Source: Microcystaceae cyanobacterium
GTDB taxonomy: Bacteria > Cyanobacteriota > Cyanobacteriia > Cyanobacteriales > Microcystaceae
Assembly (NCBI GenBank): GCA_041746575.1
Contig: JBGTGT010000122.1
Location: 1-47,961 of the forward strand
DNA length: 47,961 nt
Direction of reading: 5' to 3'
Shown: positions 18,832 through 28,860 of the stretch, in pieces
Layout: each line of letters opens with the position of its first letter
Numbering within the stretch: position 1 is the first letter of the stretch
Program-made: the position numbers and the translations under genes
The notes under the pieces: model-generated
Told to the model about the DNA's origin: nothing
Database searches by the model: none
Seen by the model: only the letters and a program-made list of their open reading frames with translations

Positions 18832-20826
18832 TTAGCCCTGTAAAAATGAGCAGAATAAACCTAAAATAAGCGCAATTCCTGCTACTATGAATGCACTTAA
18901 GCGATGATAGCTGGTAAGATGATGCTGTGGGGTATCCAATTGACTTAAATGCAAAGACGGTATCACCCCTCGATAAAACCATCCCGTTGCTCTGACGGGC
19001 AGATTTACAAAAGATTTCAAGGGAGTCAGTCCGAACCACCAATTGCCAAATTTGCCTATTTTCGAACAATAGCGAGGACTTAACATGCCCAATGAATCTT
19101 GCAATTTAAGGACAGAGGGAAGGGTCGTTTGTTGATCTATATAACCTAGCAATTTCCCTGTTAAGGTAATAGGAAATCCCCGCACGGGACTGCGATAAGG
19201 ATCGGACATCAAATGAAAGATATCTGACGTTATAATATTTTTGGTAGAAAAAGGATAAACTAATAAAGTTTTTAAAATTATGCCCATTCCCCATCCCCAA
19301 AATGCTCCTTGAAACAAACCTATTTTATCATAAAAATGATGAAAAACAAAACTGATAAAAATACCAATTAAAGGTAACGTTAGAGCCAATAAATCTAACA
19401 CAAAATTGAGATATAATTTGCGACGATTCAATTTTTTCTCCTCTTTGATTACAGAAGACAGGGCAAATTCCGCTTCCAATTCTAGGGCTTCTGTATATTG
19501 AGTTAAACGATAAAGGCGTTTCCCCATAATCGGATGAGTTGAATGAAGTTCGACCCATATTCGCCAAGGATTATAAAGATCCCACAGAAAAATCTGGCCA
19601 ATTCTTTGAGAAAGAACCGTAAGACGATAAGCTGACCCTGTAGCCGTACCGGTTTGCGGATCATAAATATTAAGGGGACGAATCGCTTCTTCCAAAAAGT
19701 TAGGGGGGGCGGAGATTCCTTGTTCTTGAACCAGTCCATAGGTCATTTTTACCAAAGCACGCATTAAGGCATTGGGATTTCCGGTTATTTCCGAGGCAAA
19801 GTGATCAGCGTAATATTCCCTTGTCCGGCTGAGATAAATGACAGGATAAACTATAAAATGGGCAATATAGCTTAATCTTTGAGCAATTCCTTGAAAAACT
19901 CTGTTGATAGAGTCGGGCAGTGGCCAAGGGCGATACAGTTGAGCTGCCACACCATTAAGCAAAACGATGGGTAAGGTGATCAAGGTCATAATTCCTCGCT
20001 CCCAATCCTGTAAATGCTTCATTTCGTGGGCATAAACAATGGCAATTTCCTCTGCATCCAGATAATTAATGACCCCTTGACTGACGATGATACGCCCCGG
20101 ACTCCATAAAGAACCGTAGGAAAACGCCAAAGGAATGGATTGATCAATTCGCCCTAAACGGGGAAATTTAATTGATTTTTCCCGACAAATCCGTAAAATA
20201 ACCTCAACAGCTTCTTCACTCTGTTCGCGGATCTCATTGAGGTTTTGCCAATGAATGGGATAAAAGCAGGACAAAAGCCAATCCATGACCCCAATTGCCC
20301 AGCCTTGAGCTAAGATGACACCGATGAGAATAGCAAACCCAACGAAAAGAAAAGTGGAGAGACTTTTAATGACAGCGAGTCCGACGAATCCCCAAAGGAT
20401 GCCACCTAAGAGGAGAAAAAGACAAATGATCGTAAAAAGAGAGACAAAACTTAAATCATCGACGCGGGCAGGTTGGGGTAATTTGATCCCAGTTTGGCCG
20501 ATCCGACCTGCCTTATGGAATTTGGGCGGAGAACTAGCAAGATTGCCACTGAAAAAGCCGCTATTTTCCTGAGAGTTAAGGATAGAGATAAATCCGGTCG
20601 CCCATTTCTGTACGTCTTGCTGAGGGTAGTCTTTGAGTTGTTCGCAGAGAGCCATTGCTTTTTCTCGTTCGTTATTTCCTTTGTAGGCTCTCGCTAAGGC
20701 GATTTGTGCTTGAACGTAGTAGGGGGAGCCGGGATCAACGCCTGTCTGACAATAAGCCGTCAGAACGGCGATCGCTTGATCGTATTTGTGCGTTTGCAAC
20801 GCTTGAAGTCCATCTTGCAGATTCAT
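18832..20826 (-). CDS. M48 (HtpX-like) membrane zinc metalloprotease with N-terminal TPR-like region
   Basis: AHEMKH, LSRTREYYADHFA..ITGNPNAL, STHP..GKR. Several TM segments. Likely ATG20826. Confidence 0.88.
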   Translation of the reverse strand: MNLQDGLQALQTHKYDQAIAVLTAYCQTGVDPGSPYYVQAQIALARAYKGNNEREKAMALCEQLKDYPQQDVQKWATGFISILNSQENSGFFSGNLASSPPKFHKAGRIGQTGIKLPQPARVDDLSFVSLFTIICLFLLLGGILWGFVGLAVIKSLSTFLFVGFAILIGVILAQGWAIGVMDWLLSCFYPIHWQNLNEIREQSEEAVEVILRICREKSIKFPRLGRIDQSIPLAFSYGSLWSPGRIIVSQGVINYLDAEEIAIVYAHEMKHLQDWERGIMTLITLPIVLLNGVAAQLYRPWPLPDSINRVFQGIAQRLSYIAHFIVYPVIYLSRTREYYADHFASEITGNPNALMRALVKMTYGLVQEQGISAPPNFLEEAIRPLNIYDPQTGTATGSAYRLTVLSQRIGQIFLWDLYNPWRIWVELHSTHPIMGKRLYRLTQYTEALELEAEFALSSVIKEEKKLNRRKLYLNFVLDLLALTLPLIGIFISFVFHHFYDKIGLFQGAFWGWGMGIILKTLLVYPFSTKNIITSDIFHLMSDPYRSPVRGFPITLTGKLLGYIDQQTTLPSVLKLQDSLGMLSPRYCSKIGKFGNWWFGLTPLKSFVNLPVRATGWFYRGVIPSLHLSQLDTPQHHLTSYHRLSAFIVAGIALILGLFCSFLQG

Positions 20827-21009
20827 GGGAAGTTTGCTCAAAGGGAACAGTCCGGCAGTGGGGAGTCTGTTGCCGATGTAGGACAATGGAACACCGACTC
20901 CTATCCTGATTAATACCCAAATTTCGATCTGAAATCATAATGGCCTTCATAATTCATAATAGGTTCGATGCACCCAAATCCGATCGCGTCCTCGCTACGG
21001 CAAACTCAC

Positions 21010-22497
21010 TTAAAAATGAAACCATTGTTCAATTGCTCCGGGGACGGGCAAGACAATCATTACTAATAGCCCCAGTGCCATCAAGCCGAGTAAATCTCGG
21101 GTGTTATCCAATTCGCTGACATCGTTAAGGGCAGGTTGGGCTAAGAGGGGGATCAAAAAGAGGGCAATCGTCCATAGCCAAAAGATAAAATCTCCTCGAA
21201 TCAGGGCTAATATAAACATGGCCAAACGGGCAAATTGTCCGATCACAATGGCAGTTCGCTGACCAAACATTCCGTGAGCGATTTTGCCCCCGTCTAGTCG
21301 ACCGACAGGCATCAGATTCAAGGCCGTCACGATTAAGCCCACATAACCGGCGATAGCGAGAGGATGAAGATTAATTGCTTGACCGCTACTGAAGTCGCTT
21401 CCTAGGGCAATTTTGCTGACAGCCGCTAGAAGAAACGAAAAACGGGGATCAAGGGCTTGAAAATTAATAATACTTGTATTTTCAGGATCAATCGGGACAA
21501 CCTGTGATAGAGAAAGCCCCCAATAAAGAAGGGGGAAGGTAACGCTTAAACCGGCAAAGGGACCGGTGATAGCGACATCAAATAAAGCGCGACGGTGGGG
21601 TATGGGGGAGCGCAGTTGCACAAATGCGCCTAAAACTCCTAGAAACTGGGGAAAAGGGATGAAATAGGGTAATGTAACCTTTATTTTATAGTAAATTGCG
21701 CTTAAATAGTGTCCTAATTCATGAATCCCTAGAACCGTCACGATGGCTAACGCATAGGGTAACCCCTGTATCAGTAAGGAGGGGTCATTTTGCAGTTGAT
21801 CTCGTGTAATTCCCGTGAAAATAGCCCCCATCCAAGTGGTGGTCAAGAGGGTCATCAGGAATAAACTGAGGGCAAAGACGGGACGCGTAACGGGTTTGTT
21901 TTGGTCTGAGTCGGGGGATGGCAGATGAGGATTTGGGATCAGAACGAAAAAGGGTTGACCTTGCAGACTTTCTTGAAAGAGGACAAGGAAGCGATTGCCG
22001 AATACGTTTTCGACGTTTTCTTTAATGGTATGATAGGCGACTTCGGGGACGGTTTTGAGCTTGCCCCGACACAAAATCACTTGAGGAAGATAGTCTAGAT
22101 TTTGTAGATAATAAATTCCCCACGGGAAGCAATCTCTTAAAGATTTTTCTTCGCTGACTGTAATGGGACGAATGTCTTGTTTTTCAGTATTTGGTTGATT
22201 TTCTGGATTTTCAGCGGCCGCCGTCTCATCGGGAGTGGTTTTTTCTACTTTAGGGGAAGGGCTGATCTGTAACAATCCCCAATAGAGAAGCGGACAGAAG
22301 ACAAAGGGAATAATCACCAGTGGTAAGGGGAGGGGTTTATCTTCTCCATAAATCAACAACCAACTCGTCCAAATTAAGGCGGGTGTCATCATGACCAGCC
22401 AAAACAACCAGACGGGAAAGCGAGAAGTTGTGGCAACACTCTTTTTGACCAATTGGTAAGTGATCCAACCTAAAATGATTAATAAAACTAACCACAT
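21010..22497 (-). CDS. Site-2 protease (M50 family)
   Basis: HELGH, FDVAITGP, NLMPVGRLDGG. Multiple TM helices. Confidence 0.92.
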   Translation of the reverse strand: MWLVLLIILGWITYQLVKKSVATTSRFPVWLFWLVMMTPALIWTSWLLIYGEDKPLPLPLVIIPFVFCPLLYWGLLQISPSPKVEKTTPDETAAAENPENQPNTEKQDIRPITVSEEKSLRDCFPWGIYYLQNLDYLPQVILCRGKLKTVPEVAYHTIKENVENVFGNRFLVLFQESLQGQPFFVLIPNPHLPSPDSDQNKPVTRPVFALSLFLMTLLTTTWMGAIFTGITRDQLQNDPSLLIQGLPYALAIVTVLGIHELGHYLSAIYYKIKVTLPYFIPFPQFLGVLGAFVQLRSPIPHRRALFDVAITGPFAGLSVTFPLLYWGLSLSQVVPIDPENTSIINFQALDPRFSFLLAAVSKIALGSDFSSGQAINLHPLAIAGYVGLIVTALNLMPVGRLDGGKIAHGMFGQRTAIVIGQFARLAMFILALIRGDFIFWLWTIALFLIPLLAQPALNDVSELDNTRDLLGLMALGLLVMIVLPVPGAIEQWFHF

Positions 22498-22679
22498 ACT
22501 AAACAGTTCCTTGGGTTTTCAATAGCGCATTCTGCCGATTGTTCTTGATTTTGGGCGAAATCATTTTTATGACGACCTAACTTTATGACTCATCAAGTGA
22601 TCACTTTCTTTTTGGACGGTAAGCGATATTCTTATTTTATCCTCTGTTCTCTGTTCACTGAAATGCCACACTACGGATT

Positions 22680-23384
22680 ATGACTGATACTGTGTCGAGC
22701 GCGTCTAAGTCTCCTAAGGAAATTTTAGCAAATATCTTCGCTTTTTCGCCCAATCGGGAGACATTGGGGGGAACGGCTTATTTTATGCGAGAAAGTACCG
22801 GAAATGTTTTGATCGATTGTCCTATTTGGGACAAGACTTCTGAAACCTTTTTAGAGGAACAGGGAGGAGTCCGTTGGTGGATTTTGACCCATCGAGGAGG
22901 TATGAGTCAACAGATTGCTTCTATGCAGGAAAAACTTCAGTGTGAGATTTTCATACAAGAACAGGAAGCTTATCTTATTACTCAAGTTTCGATTACCCCG
23001 TTTAGGCAAGAATTGAGCCTTAATTCTGAATTTACTGTTATTTGGACAGCCGGCCATTCGCCGGGATCTTCCTGCATTTATGGGTCACGTCATGGGGGGG
23101 TTTTATTTACAGGACGACATTTACTTCCCAACCAACAGGGATTTCCTGTCCCTTTACGCATCGAGAAAACGTTTCATTGGCCAAGACAACTCAGTAATGT
23201 GGCTAAGTTGCTAAAGCGGTTTACGCCCGATACCTTATCCTATCTCTGTCCGGGAGCAAATACGGGCTTTCTCAGGGGAAAAGGATATATCAGTAATGCT
23301 TATCATTTGCTGAAAACCTTAGACTTAGACTTACTTTTAAAAGAGACTTATTTACCACATTTAAAGAATTTTGTGGATTTTTAA
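22680..23384 (+). CDS. MBL-fold metallo-hydrolase-like protein
   Basis: PNRETLGGTAY, NVLIDCP, LTHR, WTAGHSPGSSC, LFTGRHL. Confidence 0.85.
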   Translation: MTDTVSSASKSPKEILANIFAFSPNRETLGGTAYFMRESTGNVLIDCPIWDKTSETFLEEQGGVRWWILTHRGGMSQQIASMQEKLQCEIFIQEQEAYLITQVSITPFRQELSLNSEFTVIWTAGHSPGSSCIYGSRHGGVLFTGRHLLPNQQGFPVPLRIEKTFHWPRQLSNVAKLLKRFTPDTLSYLCPGANTGFLRGKGYISNAYHLLKTLDLDLLLKETYLPHLKNFVDF

Positions 23385-23449
23385 GACATTTTTTGATATA
23401 ATTTAATGATTCGTAATAATTTATTCAGCAATAATAGGAGACAACAGCA

Positions 23450-23833
23450 ATGGCTGGACTATTCGGTTTGTTTGGAAGCAAAACGAAGTACGTTGATGAG
23501 CCTAATACGGCTTCAACGGAACAAAACGGCAATGAACAAGGAAGCCCCTATTTCCTAGAATCTGATGATGCCAAAACCTATGGTAATATCGAGTTTATGC
23601 AGAAATCTCACACAATTAAGCGTAGTTTCCCGAAAACGCTTAAAGGGGTAGGTGCAAAAGTTGTAGCGCAAGTTTCCTCCATGGAAAAGGCAAAGTTCAA
23701 GGGAAATAACCCCGTTTCTCCAAATCCTTCTGTTACGCCAGTGGTAAAATCTTCAGTAGAAACCCCGACTCGTCGTACAGCAGATAGCCATCTAGATATG
23801 TTCCGCAAGATGGCTAAAGAAATGAAGAAATAA
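23450..23833 (+). CDS. Hypothetical protein (cyanobacterial type)
   Basis: AGGAG RBS. YFLESDDAKTYGNIEFM and C-terminal DMFRKMAKEMKK. Confidence 0.75.
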   Translation: MAGLFGLFGSKTKYVDEPNTASTEQNGNEQGSPYFLESDDAKTYGNIEFMQKSHTIKRSFPKTLKGVGAKVVAQVSSMEKAKFKGNNPVSPNPSVTPVVKSSVETPTRRTADSHLDMFRKMAKEMKK

Positions 23834-23887
23834 GTTTAATCTTGATAAGAGATTGCCATTGAAACGCAACTTTAGACCCTTAGATTT

Positions 23888-24553
23888 TTAATTGATCTGG
23901 GGTTTTTTTTGAGGAAATTCTTGGGTAATTTCTGCTAAGAGGGTCTGATCATAATAGGTTTTTTGTAGCGTAACATCTTCCAAAAAAGATTGATCTAATT
24001 GTTTCGTTGAACCGATAATTCTGGCTGGATTGCCTTGGACAATAGAACAGTCTGGAATGTCTTTATGAACGACACTTCCGGCGGCAACAATGCAACCTTT
24101 ACCCATCGTGACACCCGGTAAAATAATAGAACCCGCACCGATAAAAGAATAAGCTCCAATTTTAACAGTGCCTCTGGTGTAACCGACTCTTTCGTGGTTA
24201 GGAACATTAACATATTCTCTGCCATAAAGTCGAATGGCGACTTGGCTTCCGTGGGTAAAAATTCCCACCCATGCACCAATTTGACAACCTTCTTCAAGAA
24301 TGAGTCCTTCGGTGGCATCTAAAATCGAATAATGCCATACCCAAACATGATTTGCCATCGCTAATTCCTGACGATTTAAAATAATGACTGAATCACTGAG
24401 GCGCGTATATTTATGAAACTGGGATGAAGTGGGATCTCGAAAACCATAAATCATGTGAGGTTGTTTCCAACTCGTCAATCCTCTAGCCACAACTGACATT
24501 AGATAACCGAGGGGCGATCGATATAAAATTTCTAGTATTGTTTTAACGTTCAT
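23888..24553 (-). CDS. Hexapeptide-repeat (LbH) acyltransferase
   Basis: IGAYSFIGAGSIILPGVTMGKGCIVAAGSVVHKD..GNPARII. Confidence 0.88.
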   Translation of the reverse strand: MNVKTILEILYRSPLGYLMSVVARGLTSWKQPHMIYGFRDPTSSQFHKYTRLSDSVIILNRQELAMANHVWVWHYSILDATEGLILEEGCQIGAWVGIFTHGSQVAIRLYGREYVNVPNHERVGYTRGTVKIGAYSFIGAGSIILPGVTMGKGCIVAAGSVVHKDIPDCSIVQGNPARIIGSTKQLDQSFLEDVTLQKTYYDQTLLAEITQEFPQKKPQIN

Positions 24554-24605
24554 AGCACTGACTTGTCCTATTCTTTAAAATCATTTTAGGCAGAAAGATT
24601 CGGCA

Positions 24606-25760
24606 TTACGGCTCAATTCCCTTTTCTTGAAGAACGTGTAAGTATAATTTTTGATAAACATTTAATAAGATTTCTTCGGTATAATTATTTTTAAAAGTAA
24701 GTTGAGCGTTTTTTCCGATCCTTTGACTTAAATCAGGATGATTCATTAACTTAATGATGGCTTCTGCTAAAGCATCCGGATCTTTGACAGGAACTAACAG
24801 CGCATTTTTTTCATTTTCTAAAACTTCTAGATTACTGCCAATTGTCGTGGTAATAATCGGTTTTCCAACAGCCATCGCTTCCAACAAACTGATAGATAAT
24901 CCTTCCCAAAGACTGGGCAAAACGATGAGATCAGCAGCTGCTAAAAGATGACTAATATTTTCACAAAATCCCCACAATAATACCTGTTTTTCAACTTTTA
25001 GGTGCTTGACTAATTGTTGAAGCTGGATTATTAAATCTCCTTCCCCTGCCATTATAATTTTAAAGGGTTTTGCTCGATTTTTTAATAATAAAGGAATCGC
25101 TCTAATCAAGTATTTATGTCCTTTTTGCGTCGCTAACCGTCCAGCCACCAATAGGATAAATTCATCAGATTGAACGCCTAAAGATTGGCGAAATTTTTTT
25201 ACAGAAAATGGTTGATTGACTTCAATCCTTTCGGGATAAATCCAGTTAGAAATCACGACGTTTTTCTGGGGGTTACCAATCCCTAAGTGTAATGCCCATT
25301 GACGATGAAATTCCGTGACTAAGATCAAGCGATCGCACCATCGAGCGGCCAATCGTTCCAAAGTGGCGTAAGCGGTTAAAGCAAGAGGTGAAGAAGCTTC
25401 ATGAAAGGCAAATCCCTGCACTGTATGAAAAATAATTGGAATTTTTGCTAATTTTGCAGCTAAACGACCAATAAATCCAGCTTTTGAGGTATGGGTATGG
25501 ACAATTGTGTAATCTGATGCTTGCAAAAAGCGATACAGTCGGTAAAGTCCTTTTAGATCCTTAAGGGGACGAATTTCTCGCCAAATTACATCAATTGCAA
25601 CTATTTTAATGTTTTTTTGGGATAAAATACCTGCAAAAGTGCTTTCTGTGGTTAAGACTTCCGTTTGCCACCCCATAGATTGGCTAAGCTGTGCCAAGCG
25701 CAGAATCGGAACAGAAGCTCCACCAAATTTAGAATCGCCTACAATATGTAAGACCTTCAT
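24606..25760 (-). CDS. Glycosyltransferase family 4
   Basis: HTHTSKAG, GRLATQKG, PSLWEGLSISLLEAMA (EX7E). Confidence 0.92.
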   Translation of the reverse strand: MKVLHIVGDSKFGGASVPILRLAQLSQSMGWQTEVLTTESTFAGILSQKNIKIVAIDVIWREIRPLKDLKGLYRLYRFLQASDYTIVHTHTSKAGFIGRLAAKLAKIPIIFHTVQGFAFHEASSPLALTAYATLERLAARWCDRLILVTEFHRQWALHLGIGNPQKNVVISNWIYPERIEVNQPFSVKKFRQSLGVQSDEFILLVAGRLATQKGHKYLIRAIPLLLKNRAKPFKIIMAGEGDLIIQLQQLVKHLKVEKQVLLWGFCENISHLLAAADLIVLPSLWEGLSISLLEAMAVGKPIITTTIGSNLEVLENEKNALLVPVKDPDALAEAIIKLMNHPDLSQRIGKNAQLTFKNNYTEEILLNVYQKLYLHVLQEKGIEP

Positions 25761-26857
25761 GGTGTCAAAAATTCCTGCAAAAGTTGCTCGTACTGTGACA
25801 TTATTGGCGATAGAGAAAAGTCCATTGCCCTTACTTTTAAGATGTGGGAAGGAATAGGATGAGTCAAAGTGGTTAAAATAGCCTCAGAAAGGGCTAAAGG
25901 GTTTTGAATAGGGACTAATTGTCCATATTTTCCTTGTTCCAAAATCTCGGCAGGGCCACTTTCGCAATCGGTAGAGATGACAGGCGTACCCACTGCCATT
26001 GCTTCGACTAACACATTGCCAAATCCTTCCCAAATTGAGCATAAAACAAAAATGTCGCTATTTTTCATATAAGTATAAGGGTTTTCCTGATGATTCGCTA
26101 AGCAGACATCTTCTTGTAAGTTTAATTGTCGAATTAAGTTTTCGAGTTGAGGACGATCTTCTCCTTCTCCAATGATGAGTAAACGGGCATCTAGATTTGA
26201 TTTTAGAAGACGAAAAGCTTTAATAAGCGTAAAAAAGTCTTTTTGCTGAGTTAAGCGTCCTGCACCCAAAATAACGGGTTTATTTTTGTTGTTTAACCAA
26301 GGATGAGGGGGGGATTCTGCCGCTCGTTGAAAAACGTGGGAGGTGATAACGGGATTATAAATGACTCGCAGACGTTCGGGGGGCTGTTGAATCACGGTGG
26401 CGATTTCTCTGACTAACCCTTGGGAAATAACCACAATTTGATCGGCTAAAGGAAAGAAAATTCGAGCAAATAAAGGCAAAATCCTGACAAACCACCGAAA
26501 ATCATGTTTTAAAATACCTAAAGGGTTATGTTGTGTAATAATTAAAGAAAATTTAACCCCTGATAAGGGACGAGCGATCGCAGCTGCAATGTTGATGTGT
26601 TGATCGGCGCAAAGTAAGAGGTTTGGTTTCGTGGTTTTGAGATATTTTCTGAGATTATTAAGAACATTGATCGGATTGCGTGTGTTTAAGTCAAATAGCT
26701 TCACATCAGGTGATAAATCTATTAAATACTGCCCTTTAATCTCTGGCATAATCAGATCAACCCGATAACCCAAATTCGTCAAACCATTGGCGATATTGAC
26801 CATTATCCGTTGAATGCCGGCATCAGAGGCAAAAAACAGACCAATCCTAGTCTTCAT
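25757..26857 (-). CDS. Glycosyltransferase family 4
   Basis: IYNP, GRLTQQKDF, SIWEGFGNVLVEAMA, DCESGPAEIL. Confidence 0.92.
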   Translation of the reverse strand: MKTRIGLFFASDAGIQRIMVNIANGLTNLGYRVDLIMPEIKGQYLIDLSPDVKLFDLNTRNPINVLNNLRKYLKTTKPNLLLCADQHINIAAAIARPLSGVKFSLIITQHNPLGILKHDFRWFVRILPLFARIFFPLADQIVVISQGLVREIATVIQQPPERLRVIYNPVITSHVFQRAAESPPHPWLNNKNKPVILGAGRLTQQKDFFTLIKAFRLLKSNLDARLLIIGEGEDRPQLENLIRQLNLQEDVCLANHQENPYTYMKNSDIFVLCSIWEGFGNVLVEAMAVGTPVISTDCESGPAEILEQGKYGQLVPIQNPLALSEAILTTLTHPIPSHILKVRAMDFSLSPIMSQYEQLLQEFLTP

Positions 26858-27668
26858 AGTTTAATCCTGTGATTCTTAGGCGATCAGATAAAATAGACGG
26901 TCTGAGTAAGCGGACTAAATATTGAGGAATATTAGTAAATCGCCATTTTAACATCGTTAAGTAATCTGTGAAATTAGGCTTGCCGATATTTCTTCTAATT
27001 TTGTTTCTTTCTTCAATATTTCGAGTCAATTCACGTTTGCCCAACTGATTGGGATGTTGACGAAAACAGGCCACGGAAGATTTTGGTAAAATCGTCAATT
27101 TTGCCCCTTTTTCGAGGGCGCGAATCACAAAATCGGCGTCTCCAACTAAGGTATAATTTTCATCGAATCCTTCAAGTTGTTCGTACAGCGATCGCCGAAA
27201 GAGACTCGTTTGCTGATCAAGACCAAATAAACCTCTTTTAAATAAAGGAAAAATTTGCTGAGGTTGAGCAGGTGTACAAGAAAACAAGAAACGACCATTT
27301 TTATCAGTATAATCGCACTTTCCATAAACAAAATCAGCTTTTTTAAACTCTCCTGCCGTAATTAAACGATAGACACTGTCGGGATACAACCAATCATCAG
27401 AATTAAGATAGCCTAACCAGTCTGATTGACTTTGACGCAAACCAACATTAATAGCGCGGTAAATATTACCCATTTCGGTGTGTAAAGTTTTTACATTCCA
27501 TCGTTGACAAATGTCTAATGTGTTATCCTTTGAACCGCTATCAACGACAATAATTTCAACGTTAACCTGTACTTGGGAACGTAAAGAGTATAAAGTTAAA
27601 TCGAGGGTTTTGGCACTGTTTAAAGTAGGAACAATATAGGTGACAGAAGGAGAATTGAAGTCTGACAT
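26847..27668 (-). CDS. Glycosyltransferase family 2
   Basis: IVPTLNS, IIVVDSGSKDNT, YLNSDD, GFDENY...GDADF. Confidence 0.9.
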   Translation of the reverse strand: MSDFNSPSVTYIVPTLNSAKTLDLTLYSLRSQVQVNVEIIVVDSGSKDNTLDICQRWNVKTLHTEMGNIYRAINVGLRQSQSDWLGYLNSDDWLYPDSVYRLITAGEFKKADFVYGKCDYTDKNGRFLFSCTPAQPQQIFPLFKRGLFGLDQQTSLFRRSLYEQLEGFDENYTLVGDADFVIRALEKGAKLTILPKSSVACFRQHPNQLGKRELTRNIEERNKIRRNIGKPNFTDYLTMLKWRFTNIPQYLVRLLRPSILSDRLRITGLNYED

Positions 27669-27675
27669 AAATGCT

Positions 27676-28791
27676 CTAAGAAAGCAGTTTTAGATATTGA
27701 GGAATAATTTGATCAAGGCTATGCGTTTTTAGATTATAATTTAGTTTATAATGTTTATTGTGTAAAAGGTTAATGATCTGTTTAGCAACTTTTTGAGGAT
27801 CATCAAATCGTACCACTTTATCGGGGTCGGCGTCCATAAATTCGGGGACATTGGCAGGTAATAGCACTTTTGTTCCAACTGCGATCGCTTCTAAAATGTA
27901 GCGAGAAGGACTTTCAATTTTGGATAAATTAATTACCATTTCAGCTTGTTTAGCTAAGCAAAAAATCATCTCGTGAGAAACAACGCCTAGATACTTGATT
28001 AATCCTTTTTGAACGGCTAGATCGCAAACCGAGTTCCAATCTTTATTAACCCCGACAATAACTAAAATTAAATGAGGATCGAGTAAGCGAATTTCTGCCA
28101 TGGTTTTTAACATAAAATTGAGATTTTTTTCTTGAAGAATACCACTAGCACTAAAGAGATAGGGTTGATTTTCTAAGTGGAAAGATGTGATAGTTTCTCG
28201 ACTCAAGTGTCCAAGATTAGAATTGAGCTGAAAGGGAATAGGAATCCGTCTTAATTTCGGTATCAATTGCTGATCTTGTGTAAGGTGCTGATAGACATTT
28301 TGAGACGAACAAATAATATTGTCAAAAAGATAAATTTGAGAAAACGTTTCCTTCGATAGTTTAGGATCTCGGACGTCTAAAATTAATTTAATCGAAGTCG
28401 TCATTTTAAGCCAACGGATTAGAAGCGGTAGAATAGAAGGACGATAATAATAATGGCAATGAACAATTAAATGAGTAATTTCAAATTTTGTAATCAAATT
28501 AAAAATATTTAAAAACTTAACGTTTAAATATAAATACTTGAAATATCTTTGTATGTCTTTGCGAGAAAGTTCGGAGCGGAAAGGGAAGATTCGCCATAAA
28601 TATAATCTTTGATTAAGCAATATTTCCTGCTGAGGCAACCGAGGATATGCTTCAGCTAAAACAACGATCTTTCCTCTGAAATCTTGTTGTAATAATCCTT
28701 TCGTTAATAATTGAGTATAAATTGATGCCCCGCCGGATGCAGGAGGATACGCTAGCGTTAAAAGCATCAAATTTTGCTGGTGGGTTGCCAT
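27676..28791 (-). CDS. Glycosyltransferase (GT-B, family 4-like)
   Basis: YPPASGGA, EKN, SKIESPSRYILEAIA (EX7E). Confidence 0.8.
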   Translation of the reverse strand: MATHQQNLMLLTLAYPPASGGASIYTQLLTKGLLQQDFRGKIVVLAEAYPRLPQQEILLNQRLYLWRIFPFRSELSRKDIQRYFKYLYLNVKFLNIFNLITKFEITHLIVHCHYYYRPSILPLLIRWLKMTTSIKLILDVRDPKLSKETFSQIYLFDNIICSSQNVYQHLTQDQQLIPKLRRIPIPFQLNSNLGHLSRETITSFHLENQPYLFSASGILQEKNLNFMLKTMAEIRLLDPHLILVIVGVNKDWNSVCDLAVQKGLIKYLGVVSHEMIFCLAKQAEMVINLSKIESPSRYILEAIAVGTKVLLPANVPEFMDADPDKVVRFDDPQKVAKQIINLLHNKHYKLNYNLKTHSLDQIIPQYLKLLS

Positions 28792-28860
28792 TTTTTTAAT
28801 AAGGAGTAAAGCGTAAATTGAGCTGGCATTTAAAAACAGCGTTTAGTATTTTCAAGAAAT

